From: an uncultured Candidatus Binatia bacterium
GTDB taxonomy: Bacteria; Desulfobacterota; Binatia; UBA9968; JAJDTQ01
DNA: 64,000 nt
Assembly: GCA_965215605.1 (NCBI GenBank)
Contig: OZ244070.1
Span: forward strand, 3,264,001 to 3,328,000
Direction: 5' to 3'
Part shown: positions 1 through 8,816 of the stretch, in pieces
Position numbering within the stretch: position 1 is the stretch's first letter
How the letters are laid out: every line of letters starts with the position of its first letter
Notes under the pieces: model-generated
Databases searched by the model: none
Seen by the model: the letters and a program-made list of their open reading frames with translations, nothing else
What the model was told of the DNA's origin: nothing
Translations under genes and position numbers: made by a program

Positions 1-1756
1 CGAACCACGGGCTTCTCGAAAACCTCGTCGTCCGGAGCGAAGGCCCGGACGGCGGCTACGTGGTTGTCGCGGGCGGCCGCCGCCTCGCGGCGCTGAAGGC
101 CCTCGCCGCGGACGGCGTGCTCGACGCCGCCCACCCGGTGCCCTGCCTGGTCATCGACGGCAACGCAACGCCCGCCGAGCTGTCCCTCGCCGAGAACGTT
201 GTCCGCATCGCCATGCATCCGGCCGACCAGGTCATCGCCTTCACGAAGCTCACCAAATCCGGCGTCACGGCCGCGGCCATCGCGGCGCGGTTCGGCATCT
301 CCGAACGCCTGGTCGAACAGCGGCTCCGCCTCGGCAACACCGCGCCCGATCTGCTCGACGCCTACCGGACCGGCGAGATCGACCTGGAGACGCTCAAGGC
401 CTTCGCCGTCACCACCGATCACGCCCGCCAGATGGCGGTCTGGGAACAGGTGACGGACCAGGGCTACCGCCCGGCCGCCTGGCAGGTGAAGCGCATGCTT
501 ACCGAGGAGCGGATTCCGGCCAACTCCGCCTTGGCCCGCTTCGTGGGCATCGAGGACTACCAAGCCGAGGGCGGGCCGGTGCTGCGGGACCTCTTCGCAG
601 CCGAGGACGAGAGCGGCGTCTGGCTGGAGGACCCGGTGCTGTTGCAGAAGCTCGCCATGACGAAGCTCGGGGAGACCGTGACGGATCTCCAGACCCGCTG
701 GCGCTGGGCAACGGCCGCGGCGGAGGTGGACTGGACCGAGATCGCCCGCTACGGACGCATCTCCCCGGAGCCTGCCGCGCCGACCAGAGAGGAGACCGCC
801 GAGCTGGAGCGTCTGCGCACCCGCGAGGACGAACTCTCCGATCTGGACGAAGAGGACTGGACCAAGGAGCTCGAAGAGGAGGCCCAGGCCATCGAGACCC
901 GGACCTGCGAGATCAACGCGGCGGTCGAGGCCCGGGCAGCGTACCGCACGGAAGACTGCGCGCTCGCGGGCTGCATCGCCACCATCGACTGGAGGGGCGA
1001 ACTTCAGATCGTCGCGGGCCTGGTCCGCCCCGAGGACATGCCGAAGCCGGCCGACTCCGGCGACAACGCCGGCGGTGATGCGAGTGACGGCGATGGCGGC
1101 GGCCACGACACCGGGGACGACCGGGTCCGGAGACCCGCGATCTCCGCGCCCATCGCCTCGCCTCCCGACCCACGGGCAGAGGCGCGAAAGGAAGCCGGCG
1201 TCGGGATCGGGCTTTCGGACGATCTCCGCTCGATCCGCACGGCACTGGTCAAGACGCATCTCGGGAACGACTTCGAGGCCGCCTTCGACCTCGTGCTGTT
1301 CCAGCTCGGCCGCGCCGTGTTCACCCCCGGATACCAGGACCATGCGCTCGACATCGCGGTCAAGGAAACCCCGGACCGGCCGACGATGCGCATGAACGAC
1401 GAGGACTTCGGGTCCTGGAGCCCGGGCGAGGCCATGCTCGCCGACCGCTCCGACTTGCCGCTGGACTGGCTCTCGATTGAGGATGACGGCGAAGCCTTCG
1501 CGGCGCTCCCGGCGTTGCCACAGGCCGACAAGCAGCGGCTCTTCGCGGCCTCGGTGGCGCGCACGGTGAAGGGCCAGTTGGCATTCGAGCCACAGGCCCG
1601 TCCCGAGCTCGAAGCCACCATCGCCCGGCTCGACATCGACTTCGCGGGCCAGGTGCGGCCCACTGCGGACATGCTGTGGTCGCGCATCAACAAGGGCCGC
1701 ATCCTCGACATCGCCAGGGGGACACTGGGACCGGCATGGGCGTCTGCGCGGGCTAG
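1..1756 (+). pseudogene. ParB/RepB/Spo0J-family protein of the plasmid/ICE type; begins before the window and is 3'-truncated by IS5
   Basis: Frame open from base 3 (NHGLLENLVVR..VVAGGRRLAAL..ELSLAENVVR..MHPADQ, ParB N-domain plus HTH). ParB-like sequence stops at WASARA where the IS5 left end begins, and does not resume after the IS. Confidence 0.85.
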
Positions 1757-2931
1757 GGAAGATCTGAACAAGCGACCATTCACATGTCATAATGGGGAAA
1801 ACGGCAGGGCATGGAGGGGGAACGATGAGACAGGCGAGCTTCGCGGAGCTGGAACATGATGGGAAGAAGCGTCGGACGCGGCGGGAGGAGTTTTTGGAGA
1901 AGATGGAGGGGCTGATACCGTGGAGGCGTCTGGAGAAGCGGATAGAGCCGTATTACCCGAAGGCGGGACGTGGGCGGCGGCCGTACCCGTTGGGGGTGAT
2001 GCTACGGGTGCACTGTGTGCAGTTGTTCTACAACCTGAGCGACCCCGGGATGGAAGACCTTTTGTACGAGGTGGAGTCGGTGCAGCGCTTTGTGGGGCTG
2101 CGGCTTTCGGGACCATTGCCGGACGAGACGACGATCCTGAACTTTCGTCACCTGCTGGAAGAGCACGGACTGGGGGAGAAGGTGTTCGAGGAGATCAACG
2201 CGCACTTGGCCTCGTTGGGGCAGCGGTTGAAGACGAGGATCGTGGACGCGAGCATCATAGCGGCGCCGTCATCGACGAAGAACCTCAAGGGGGAGCGGGA
2301 CCCTGAGATGCACCAGACGAGGAAGGGGAAGCAGTGGTACTTCGGGATGAAGGCGCATATCGGAGTGGACGCGGAGTCGGGGTTGACGCACAGCCTGGAG
2401 ACAACGCCGGCAAACGTGTCGGACGTGGCGACGGCGCACGCGCTACGGCACGGGGACGAGGAGCAGGTGTGGGGGGACGCGGGCTACCAGGGGGTGGGCA
2501 AGCGTGAGGAGAACCGGGACGCGCAGGTGGACTGGCAGGTGGCGATGAAGCCGGGCCAGCGCCGGAAGCTGGAGAAGACCGGACCGGAAGAGGCGGCGGA
2601 GAAGCACAAGGCGTCGGTGCGGGCCAAGGTGGAGCATCCGTTTCTGTACGTGAAGCGCCACTTCGGCTACGCCAAGGTGCGCTACCGCGGGCTGTGGAAG
2701 AACACCCAGCGCATCGCCGTACTGCTCGGGTTCACCAATCTGCTCATCGCAGGGCGCTACGCTTGAGGTCCTGAAGCGGGGACCGCTCCGCACGCTGCGG
2801 CAAGAGAGGGCGAAATACCCGCGGTTTGGTCATAAAACGACGCCCCGGAGCCCTTATCCGCGGTCCCGGCATCCCACTAACTGATCGGACGCTCCGCTTG
2901 CCGGCCAATACCGCGGTTGTTCAGACCTTCC
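1757..2931 (+). mobile_element. IS5-family insertion sequence, about 1175 bp
   Basis: Terminal IRs GGAAGATCTGAACAA (1757-1771) and TTGTTCAGACCTTCC (2917-2931), 14/15 match. Flanks CTAG and CTAA fit the YTAR target of the IS5 subgroup. Confidence 0.93.
1825..2766 (+). CDS. IS5-family DDE transposase
   Basis: MRQASFAELEHDGKKRRTRREEFL N-terminus; IVDAS, RDPEMHQTRKGKQWYFGMKAHIGVD, WGDAGY and RAKVEHPF motifs; GGAGG RBS before ATG 1825. Confidence 0.95.
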   Translation: MRQASFAELEHDGKKRRTRREEFLEKMEGLIPWRRLEKRIEPYYPKAGRGRRPYPLGVMLRVHCVQLFYNLSDPGMEDLLYEVESVQRFVGLRLSGPLPDETTILNFRHLLEEHGLGEKVFEEINAHLASLGQRLKTRIVDASIIAAPSSTKNLKGERDPEMHQTRKGKQWYFGMKAHIGVDAESGLTHSLETTPANVSDVATAHALRHGDEEQVWGDAGYQGVGKREENRDAQVDWQVAMKPGQRRKLEKTGPEEAAEKHKASVRAKVEHPFLYVKRHFGYAKVRYRGLWKNTQRIAVLLGFTNLLIAGRYA

Positions 2932-3267
2932 CTAACTAATCGACATAACGGTGCTGTTGGCGCTCAGAACGAAAGTCTGAGCATCGGTACCGTCAATTGA
3001 CAGGCGGGTTTCCCGACCGTCCCCGGTCGAACCGCTCCCGGCACCATCTGGACACGAAACCAGCGATTGACCCCGGACCGGCGGGGCGCTACGGTGACTT
3101 TCTCCGAGGCACCAAACTGACTTGAGGACATAGGACATACGCGCGCTTGCAGGGACTGAGTATTGGTTGAAAGGGGTTACATAACGATTACGGCTCAAAT
3201 CAGAATATTCCTAACATATTGATAAACAAGTCAAAAACAAACACTCAACGCAGAAAAGACCCGCAGA

Positions 3268-3297
3268 TTATGACCCGAATTAACCAGACACCACACT
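3268..3297. mobile_element. Orphan terminal inverted repeat related to the MITE at 18110-18274
   Basis: 25/30 identity to 18243-18272 (TTATGA..AATTAACCAGACA..ACACT); lies 5 bp beyond the ureA stop. Confidence 0.6.
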
Positions 3298-3302
3298 TGC
3301 TG

Positions 3303-3605
3303 CTACCGGATCGGATCGTGGACGCTCACGAGCTTGGTCCCGTCGGGGAACGTAGCCTCCACCTGGATGACCTCGATCATTTCGGGAACGCCTTCCATCA
3401 CCTGCCCGCGGGTGAGAACTGTGGCGCCGTCGCGCATCAGGTCCGCAACGCTCTTGCCGTCTCGCGCCCCCTCCACCACGAAGTCCGTGATCAACGCCAC
3501 GGCCTCCGGGTGGTTGAGCTTGACACCGCGCTCAAGCCTGCGTCGAGCAATCGTCGCGGCCATTGCCACCAGAAGCTTGTCCTTTTCCCTGGGCGTCAGG
3601 TTCAT
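3303..3605 (-). CDS. ureA: Urease gamma subunit
   Basis: [42 protein letters not shown], 100 aa. Confidence 0.97.
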   Translation of the reverse strand: MNLTPREKDKLLVAMAATIARRRLERGVKLNHPEAVALITDFVVEGARDGKSVADLMRDGATVLTRGQVMEGVPEMIEVIQVEATFPDGTKLVSVHDPIR

Positions 3606-3651
3606 GCTTCACTCTCCGTCTTGATTCAGGCGGTTTCCTTGCCTTCCCACC

Positions 3652-3667
3652 CTAGTGTCCACACTAG
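3652..3667. repeat. 16-bp collapsed MITE footprint CTAGTGTCCACACTAG at the ureD stop codon
   Basis: Equals the MITE left tip CTAGTGTCC fused to its right tip ACACTAG. Confidence 0.5.
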
Positions 3668-4527
3668 CACTCCCATACGCGTGGCAGCCGCTCCGGCAGG
3701 CCCGCCACGGCATGACGAAAGGCGGTCCAGAAGCGCGCGTATTCGGTGCGCAGCACCCATGGGTCCCGTGCCAGGAACCGGGCCACGAGCACGCCGTTGA
3801 CACAGGTGACAGCGCACCGGGACTGGTTCCCGCCGAGCAGGCCGCGGGCGGTTTCGAGGTGTTGCGCACCGTCGTCCGCGACGTACAAGGCGGTCGCCAG
3901 CGATCGAGCGCCATCCATGCCGGCCGGGTGCTCAAGGAGAGCGCTTTCCGGCGCGCCGTAGCGCAGCGCTTCCATCCACACCCGCCGGCCGTCGCGCTCG
4001 ACGGTCCAGGCATCGCGCAACGCGCCGTTGCGGAAAACCTCGCCGCGGGCCAGGCGGCCGAACACGAGGATCTCGCCGGCCATGATGCGGGCGCCGTCCG
4101 TGGCGCGGACGGTGGTGGCGCGGCGCAGCCGGGCGCCGTCGAACAGGATGGTTTCCTGCGGCATCCATTCCATCCAGGTCTTCTTCCCGGCCGTGATCCG
4201 CACATCGACGTTGCAGGGTTCGCCCGCGGAGCGGTAGATTTTCTCGGCCGCCTGCGTCGTTATCACGGCCCGCGCCCCCTGCCGGACGGCGAGGTCCAAC
4301 TCGATCCGGTCCCCGCCGGTGAGTCCTCCGGAGGTGGTCAGGACCACCGCGGTCGCGAGGTCGGTGGTGCCGGGGAAGAAGACCCGGCAGGGGTTCCTCT
4401 GGTACAGGTGCCGAAGCCGGGTCGCTCCGTGGACCGGGCCGAAGACGATCTCCGCTCGGCCGTCGCCGCGCGGCAGCCGCGCGTGCGCGCCTTCAGACGG
4501 TAAGGTGCTTGCGCACGTCGCGCTCAA
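3664..4527 (-). CDS. ureD: Urease accessory protein UreD (start uncertain)
   Basis: TTSGGLTGGD, TTQAAEKIYRS, WMPQETILFDGA, PRVW motifs; lies between urtE and ureA. Confidence 0.92.
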   Translation of the reverse strand: MSATCASTLPSEGAHARLPRGDGRAEIVFGPVHGATRLRHLYQRNPCRVFFPGTTDLATAVVLTTSGGLTGGDRIELDLAVRQGARAVITTQAAEKIYRSAGEPCNVDVRITAGKKTWMEWMPQETILFDGARLRRATTVRATDGARIMAGEILVFGRLARGEVFRNGALRDAWTVERDGRRVWMEALRYGAPESALLEHPAGMDGARSLATALYVADDGAQHLETARGLLGGNQSRCAVTCVNGVLVARFLARDPWVLRTEYARFWTAFRHAVAGLPERLPRVWEC

Positions 4528-5188
4528 GGAGGTCCTCCTTGTCGCCGGCGAGAACGCTCTCGCCGCGGTCCATGACCACGAGCTTGTCCGCCAGCTCGTG
4601 GGCGAAGTCGAAATATTGCTCCACCAGCAGGATCGCCATGTGCCCTTCCCGGGCGAGACCGTGGATGACCTGCTTGATGTCCTTGATGATGGAAGGCTGG
4701 ATGCCTTCGGTGGGCTCGTCGAGTATCAGCAGCTTGGGCCGGAGCACCAGCGCCCGCGCGATGGCGAGCTGCTGCTGCTGGCCGCCGGAGAGGTCGCCGC
4801 CCCGGCGGTGCAGCATGTCCTTGAGCACCGGGAACAGTTGAAAGACCTGGTCGGGAATCGTGCGCAGGGACGTGGGCAGGGCCGGGAAACCGGTGCGCAG
4901 GTTCTCCTCCACCGTCAGCCGGGGAAAGATCTCTCGTCCCTGGGGTACGTTGCCGAAGCCCAGCCGTGCGCGCCGGTGGGCGGGAAGGCCGGTAATGTCG
5001 TCTCCTTCCCAGCGGATGCGGCCCTTCCGCACCGGCCGCAACCCCAGGATCGCGCGCAGCAGCGATGTCTTGCCGACGCCGTTCCGCCCCAGCACGCAGG
5101 TCACCTGGCCCTTGTCCACGGAGAGGGTCACGCCGCGCAGCACGCGGCTGGCGCCGTATTGGAGGTGGATGTCGTCAACCTGGAGCAT
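4493..5188 (-). CDS. urtE: Urea ABC transporter ATP-binding subunit
   Basis: GRNGVGKT, VPQGREIFPRLTVEENL, LSGGQQQQLAIARAL, LDEPTEGIQPSII. Confidence 0.95.
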   Translation of the reverse strand: MLQVDDIHLQYGASRVLRGVTLSVDKGQVTCVLGRNGVGKTSLLRAILGLRPVRKGRIRWEGDDITGLPAHRRARLGFGNVPQGREIFPRLTVEENLRTGFPALPTSLRTIPDQVFQLFPVLKDMLHRRGGDLSGGQQQQLAIARALVLRPKLLILDEPTEGIQPSIIKDIKQVIHGLAREGHMAILLVEQYFDFAHELADKLVVMDRGESVLAGDKEDLLERDVRKHLTV

Positions 5189-5218
5189 GGGAATCTTCGG
5201 TCACCGCGGGCGGCCGGG

Positions 5219-6013
5219 TCAGCGACCCAGGTACACGTCCGCCACCGTGGCGTTGCTCTCCACGGCGTCCATGGAGCCTTCCATGAGCATGCGTCCTTCG
5301 TGCAATACGGTGACGCGGCCCTCCAGCGAGCGCACGAACTGCATGTCGTGCTCCACCACCACGACGGTGCGCTCGCCGGCGATGCCGCGGATGAGCGCGG
5401 CGGTCTGCTCCCGTTCGCTGTCGGTCATGCCGGCCACGGGTTCGTCCAGGAGCAGCAGCTCCTGGTCCTGGACCAGCAGCATGCCGATCTCGAGCCACTG
5501 TTTCTGTCCGTGGCTGAGGTTCCCGGCCACGGTTTCGCGGCGTCCGGCCAGCCCGATGGTTTCCACCGCGGTTTCCATCAACTCCGACGGCGGCGTCACC
5601 GCCGGCGCGAGCAGCATGCGCAGGATGCCGCGACGGGCCTTGCGGGCGAGCTCCAGGTTTTCGGCCACGGTCAGGTTGTCGAAAACCGTGGGCTTCTGGA
5701 ACTTGCGCCCGATTCCGAGGTTGGCGATGGTGGCTTCGTCGAGCCGGGTGAGATCATGGGTGTCCTTGAAGAAGACAATCCCGTTGTCTGGTTTGGATTT
5801 CCCGGTGACGACGTCCAGGAACGTGGTTTTGCCCGCCCCGTTGGGGCCGATGACGGTGCGCAGCTCGCCTTCGTCGACGATGAGCGAGAGGCCGTCCAGC
5901 GCCTTGAATCCGTCGAAGCTGACGGTGACGTTGTCCAGGTAGAGGAGCGCGCGCGGCCGGCCGGCCCTGCCGGTGGCCGCCGCCGTCGGCCGTGCCATGG
6001 CGAGATCAGGCAT
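5219..6013 (-). CDS. urtD: Urea ABC transporter ATP-binding subunit
   Basis: VSFDGFKAL, GPNGAGKT, GIGRKFQKPTVF, LSHGQKQWLEIGM. Confidence 0.95.
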   Translation of the reverse strand: MPDLAMARPTAAATGRAGRPRALLYLDNVTVSFDGFKALDGLSLIVDEGELRTVIGPNGAGKTTFLDVVTGKSKPDNGIVFFKDTHDLTRLDEATIANLGIGRKFQKPTVFDNLTVAENLELARKARRGILRMLLAPAVTPPSELMETAVETIGLAGRRETVAGNLSHGQKQWLEIGMLLVQDQELLLLDEPVAGMTDSEREQTAALIRGIAGERTVVVVEHDMQFVRSLEGRVTVLHEGRMLMEGSMDAVESNATVADVYLGR

Positions 6014-7109
6014 GTTCGGCCTCCGCGTTGTCTCGCCACAGCAGCCCCACCAATCCTTGAGGCAGCAACAGCGTGATCAGCACGAACAGGGCGCCCAGGA
6101 AGAACAACCAGAACTCGGGCGCCACGCCGGTAAACCAGGTCTTGGCCGCGTTCACCGCCAGTGCTCCGACGATGGCTCCGGTGAGGTAGCCGCGTCCGCC
6201 CACGGCCACCCACACGGCGATCTCGATGGAGTGGGCGGGGGAGAACTCGCTCGGGTTGATGATGCCCACCTGCGGCACGTACAGGGCGCCGGCCAGCCCC
6301 GCCAGCACGCCGGATACGGAAAAGACGAAGAGCTTGGCGTAGGTGACCGAATAGCCGAGGAAGCGCACCCGCGCCTCCGCGTCACGGATGGCCGGGAGCA
6401 GCAGCCCGAGCTTGGAGCGGGTGATGAACCGGCACAGCAGGTAGCTCCCGCCCAGCGCCAGGACCGATGCCAGGTAAAGCCCGATGCGGGTCTCCGGCGC
6501 CTGAAGCGGGAAGCCGAGCACGTCCTTGAAGTCGGTAAGGCCGTTGTTGCCGCCGAATCCCATCTCGTTGCGGAAGAACGCCAGCATGAGCGCGAAGGTC
6601 AGAGCTTGGGTCATGATGGACAGGTAGACGCCGGTGATGCGGGACCGGAAAGCGAACCAGCCGAAGACGAAGGCGAGCAGGCCGGGCACCAGCAGCGCCA
6701 TGATGAGGGCGAAGGCAAAGTGGTCGAAGCCCCACCAGTACCACGGCAACTCGCTCCAGTTGAGAAAGACCATGAAGTCGGGCAGCTCGGCATGGCCGTA
6801 GACCCCGCGTTCGCCGATGGAGCGCATGAGGTACATGCCGAAGGCGTAACCTCCCAGCGCGAAGAACGCGCCGTGGCCCAGGCTGAGGACGCCCACGTAG
6901 CCCCACACCAGGTCGAGGCTCAGGGCCAGGATCGCGTAGCAGATGTACTTGCCGAGCAGAGGCACCCAGTGATCCGGGACATGAAGCAGCGAGCCCGGCT
7001 CCACGCCCAGGTTCAGCGCGGGCACGCCCACGATCAGCGCGAGGCCGGCGGTGACGAGCGCGATGCGGCGTTGGCGCTCCGAAGTCGACAGGTTCATGGC
7101 AGGGCTCAC
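6006..7109 (-). CDS. urtC: Urea ABC transporter permease
   Basis: GTG start overlaps the urtB TGA; LDLVWGYVGVLSLGHGAFFALGGY, LPDFMVFL, GGNNGLTDF, LYVPQVGIINP. Confidence 0.93.
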   Translation of the reverse strand: MSPAMNLSTSERQRRIALVTAGLALIVGVPALNLGVEPGSLLHVPDHWVPLLGKYICYAILALSLDLVWGYVGVLSLGHGAFFALGGYAFGMYLMRSIGERGVYGHAELPDFMVFLNWSELPWYWWGFDHFAFALIMALLVPGLLAFVFGWFAFRSRITGVYLSIMTQALTFALMLAFFRNEMGFGGNNGLTDFKDVLGFPLQAPETRIGLYLASVLALGGSYLLCRFITRSKLGLLLPAIRDAEARVRFLGYSVTYAKLFVFSVSGVLAGLAGALYVPQVGIINPSEFSPAHSIEIAVWVAVGGRGYLTGAIVGALAVNAAKTWFTGVAPEFWLFFLGALFVLITLLLPQGLVGLLWRDNAEAEHA

Positions 7110-8743
7110 GTTTCCGCCGCGCGTCCGCGCAGTGCGAACAGTCCCTGGGGACGGCGTTGGATGAACAGGATGATGGCGACCATCACCACCACCTTCCCCA
7201 GCACCGCACCCGCTACGGGTTCGAGAAACTTGTTGACGACGCCCAGGGTCATGGCGCCCACCAGCGTGCCCGAGAGGTTGCCGACGCCGCCGAAGACCAC
7301 GACCATGAACGAATCGACGATATAGAGCTGACCCAGGTTCGGGCTGACGTTGCCTATTTGGCTCAGGGCCACGCCCGCCATGCCCGCGAGGCCCGAGCCG
7401 AGGCCGAAAGTGAGCGAGTCCACCCGGGACGTGGGGATGCCCATGGTGGAGGCCATGGGGCGGTTCTGGGTGACCGCGCGGACGCTCAGGCCGAAGCCCG
7501 TGTAACGCAGAAGCAGCGCCATGGCGCCCAGCACCAGGAAGCAGAAGACGATCAGGTAGAGGCGGTTGTAGGTCAGCACGAACCCGCCCGCGACCTCCAG
7601 CCCGCCGCTCATCCACGAAGGGTTGGCCACTTCCTTGTTGGGCGCACCGAAGATCGAGCGCACCAGTTGCTGGAGGATCAGGCTGATGCCCCACGTGGCC
7701 AGCAGCGTTTCCAGCGGCCGGCCGTAGAGCCAGCGGATCACGCCCTTCTCGAGCACCACGCCGACGATTCCCGCCACCAGGAACGCGGCGGGAATCGCCA
7801 CGGCCAGGTACCAGTCGAACAGCGCCGCGGGGAGGAACGCGCGAAACAGCTCCTGCACCACGAACGTCGAGTAGGCGCCGAGCATGATCATCTCGCCGTG
7901 GGCCATGTTGATGACCCCCATGACCCCGAAGGTGATGGCGAGCCCGAGGGCCGCCAGCAGCAACACCGACCCCAGGCTGATGCCCTGGAACACGTTGAGG
8001 CCAAGGCCCAGGAAGAAGAGCGTGTCCTCGATGCGCTGGATGGCCGCGGCCGCGGCCTTGCGCACGGCTTCGTCCTGTTCCGGGTCGTTGGCAATGGCGC
8101 CCAGCAGCGAGCGCACGTCGGCGGCCGTGGAGTCGGACAGCGCCGCGACGGCGGCCAGCCGCTCCGCCGTGGAGCCGGCCTTGAGGCGGGCGCCCAGCAG
8201 CGCGAACTCCATGGCTTCGCGCACGGCAGCGTCGGTCTCCGCCGAAAGCGCGTTTTCAAGCAGCCCGATCATGCGCCCGGAGCCGTGGCTCAAGGCCGAC
8301 CGGGCCGCCGCCAGGCGCCGGTGGGGATCGCTGCTGAAGAGATCGAGCTGGCTCAACGCCGCCTTGATGGCGCCGCGAACACGGTTGTTGACCCTGATTT
8401 TCTTGACCGCGCGCCGCTTCGCGCCCCCGAGGAGCTCTCCGGACAGGGCGTCGGTCAGGCGGTAGCCTTTGCCGGCCTTCTCGATGATCACCAGCCTGCC
8501 GTCGGTCTTGCGGTGGTACAGCCGTCCGTCCCGCAGGGCTTCCAGCAAAGGGATGACCTTGGGGTCGCCGAGGCTCGCCAGCCTCCCCACGACGTCGGCC
8601 TTCTGCTTGAAACCGCCGGTCTTGAGCTGCGACGCCACGTCGGCTACCTGCGCCGCTCGCACGCCGGCCGAAAGCGCGAGACTCAGGCACGCAAGCACGA
8701 GAAGGACGAGGAGGGGTCGCCGCCCCTTTGGGTCAATGTCCAT
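7106..8743 (-). CDS. urtB: Urea ABC transporter permease with N-terminal periplasmic domain
   Basis: LAITFGVMGVINMAHGE, RPLETLLATWG, IVDSFMVVVFGGVG. ATG 8743 preferred over the longer ORF start. Confidence 0.93.
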   Translation of the reverse strand: MDIDPKGRRPLLVLLVLACLSLALSAGVRAAQVADVASQLKTGGFKQKADVVGRLASLGDPKVIPLLEALRDGRLYHRKTDGRLVIIEKAGKGYRLTDALSGELLGGAKRRAVKKIRVNNRVRGAIKAALSQLDLFSSDPHRRLAAARSALSHGSGRMIGLLENALSAETDAAVREAMEFALLGARLKAGSTAERLAAVAALSDSTAADVRSLLGAIANDPEQDEAVRKAAAAAIQRIEDTLFFLGLGLNVFQGISLGSVLLLAALGLAITFGVMGVINMAHGEMIMLGAYSTFVVQELFRAFLPAALFDWYLAVAIPAAFLVAGIVGVVLEKGVIRWLYGRPLETLLATWGISLILQQLVRSIFGAPNKEVANPSWMSGGLEVAGGFVLTYNRLYLIVFCFLVLGAMALLLRYTGFGLSVRAVTQNRPMASTMGIPTSRVDSLTFGLGSGLAGMAGVALSQIGNVSPNLGQLYIVDSFMVVVFGGVGNLSGTLVGAMTLGVVNKFLEPVAGAVLGKVVVMVAIILFIQRRPQGLFALRGRAAET

Positions 8744-8763
8744 GGATGGGATCCGTTGACGGT

Positions 8764-8789
8764 CCGGGCCCGCCACGTGGCGGGCCCGG
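8764..8789. repeat. Perfect 26-bp palindrome between urtA and urtB (probable mRNA stem-loop)
   Basis: CCGGGCCCGCCAC|GTGGCGGGCCCGG. Confidence 0.75.
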
Positions 8790-8816
8790 CGTCATCGAGT
8801 GAATCGACGGCAGCCG

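Noticed and set aside
1757-1859. ParB ORF C-terminal tail EDLNKRPF..GAGT
   Set aside because: Read-through into IS5 sequence, not native protein.
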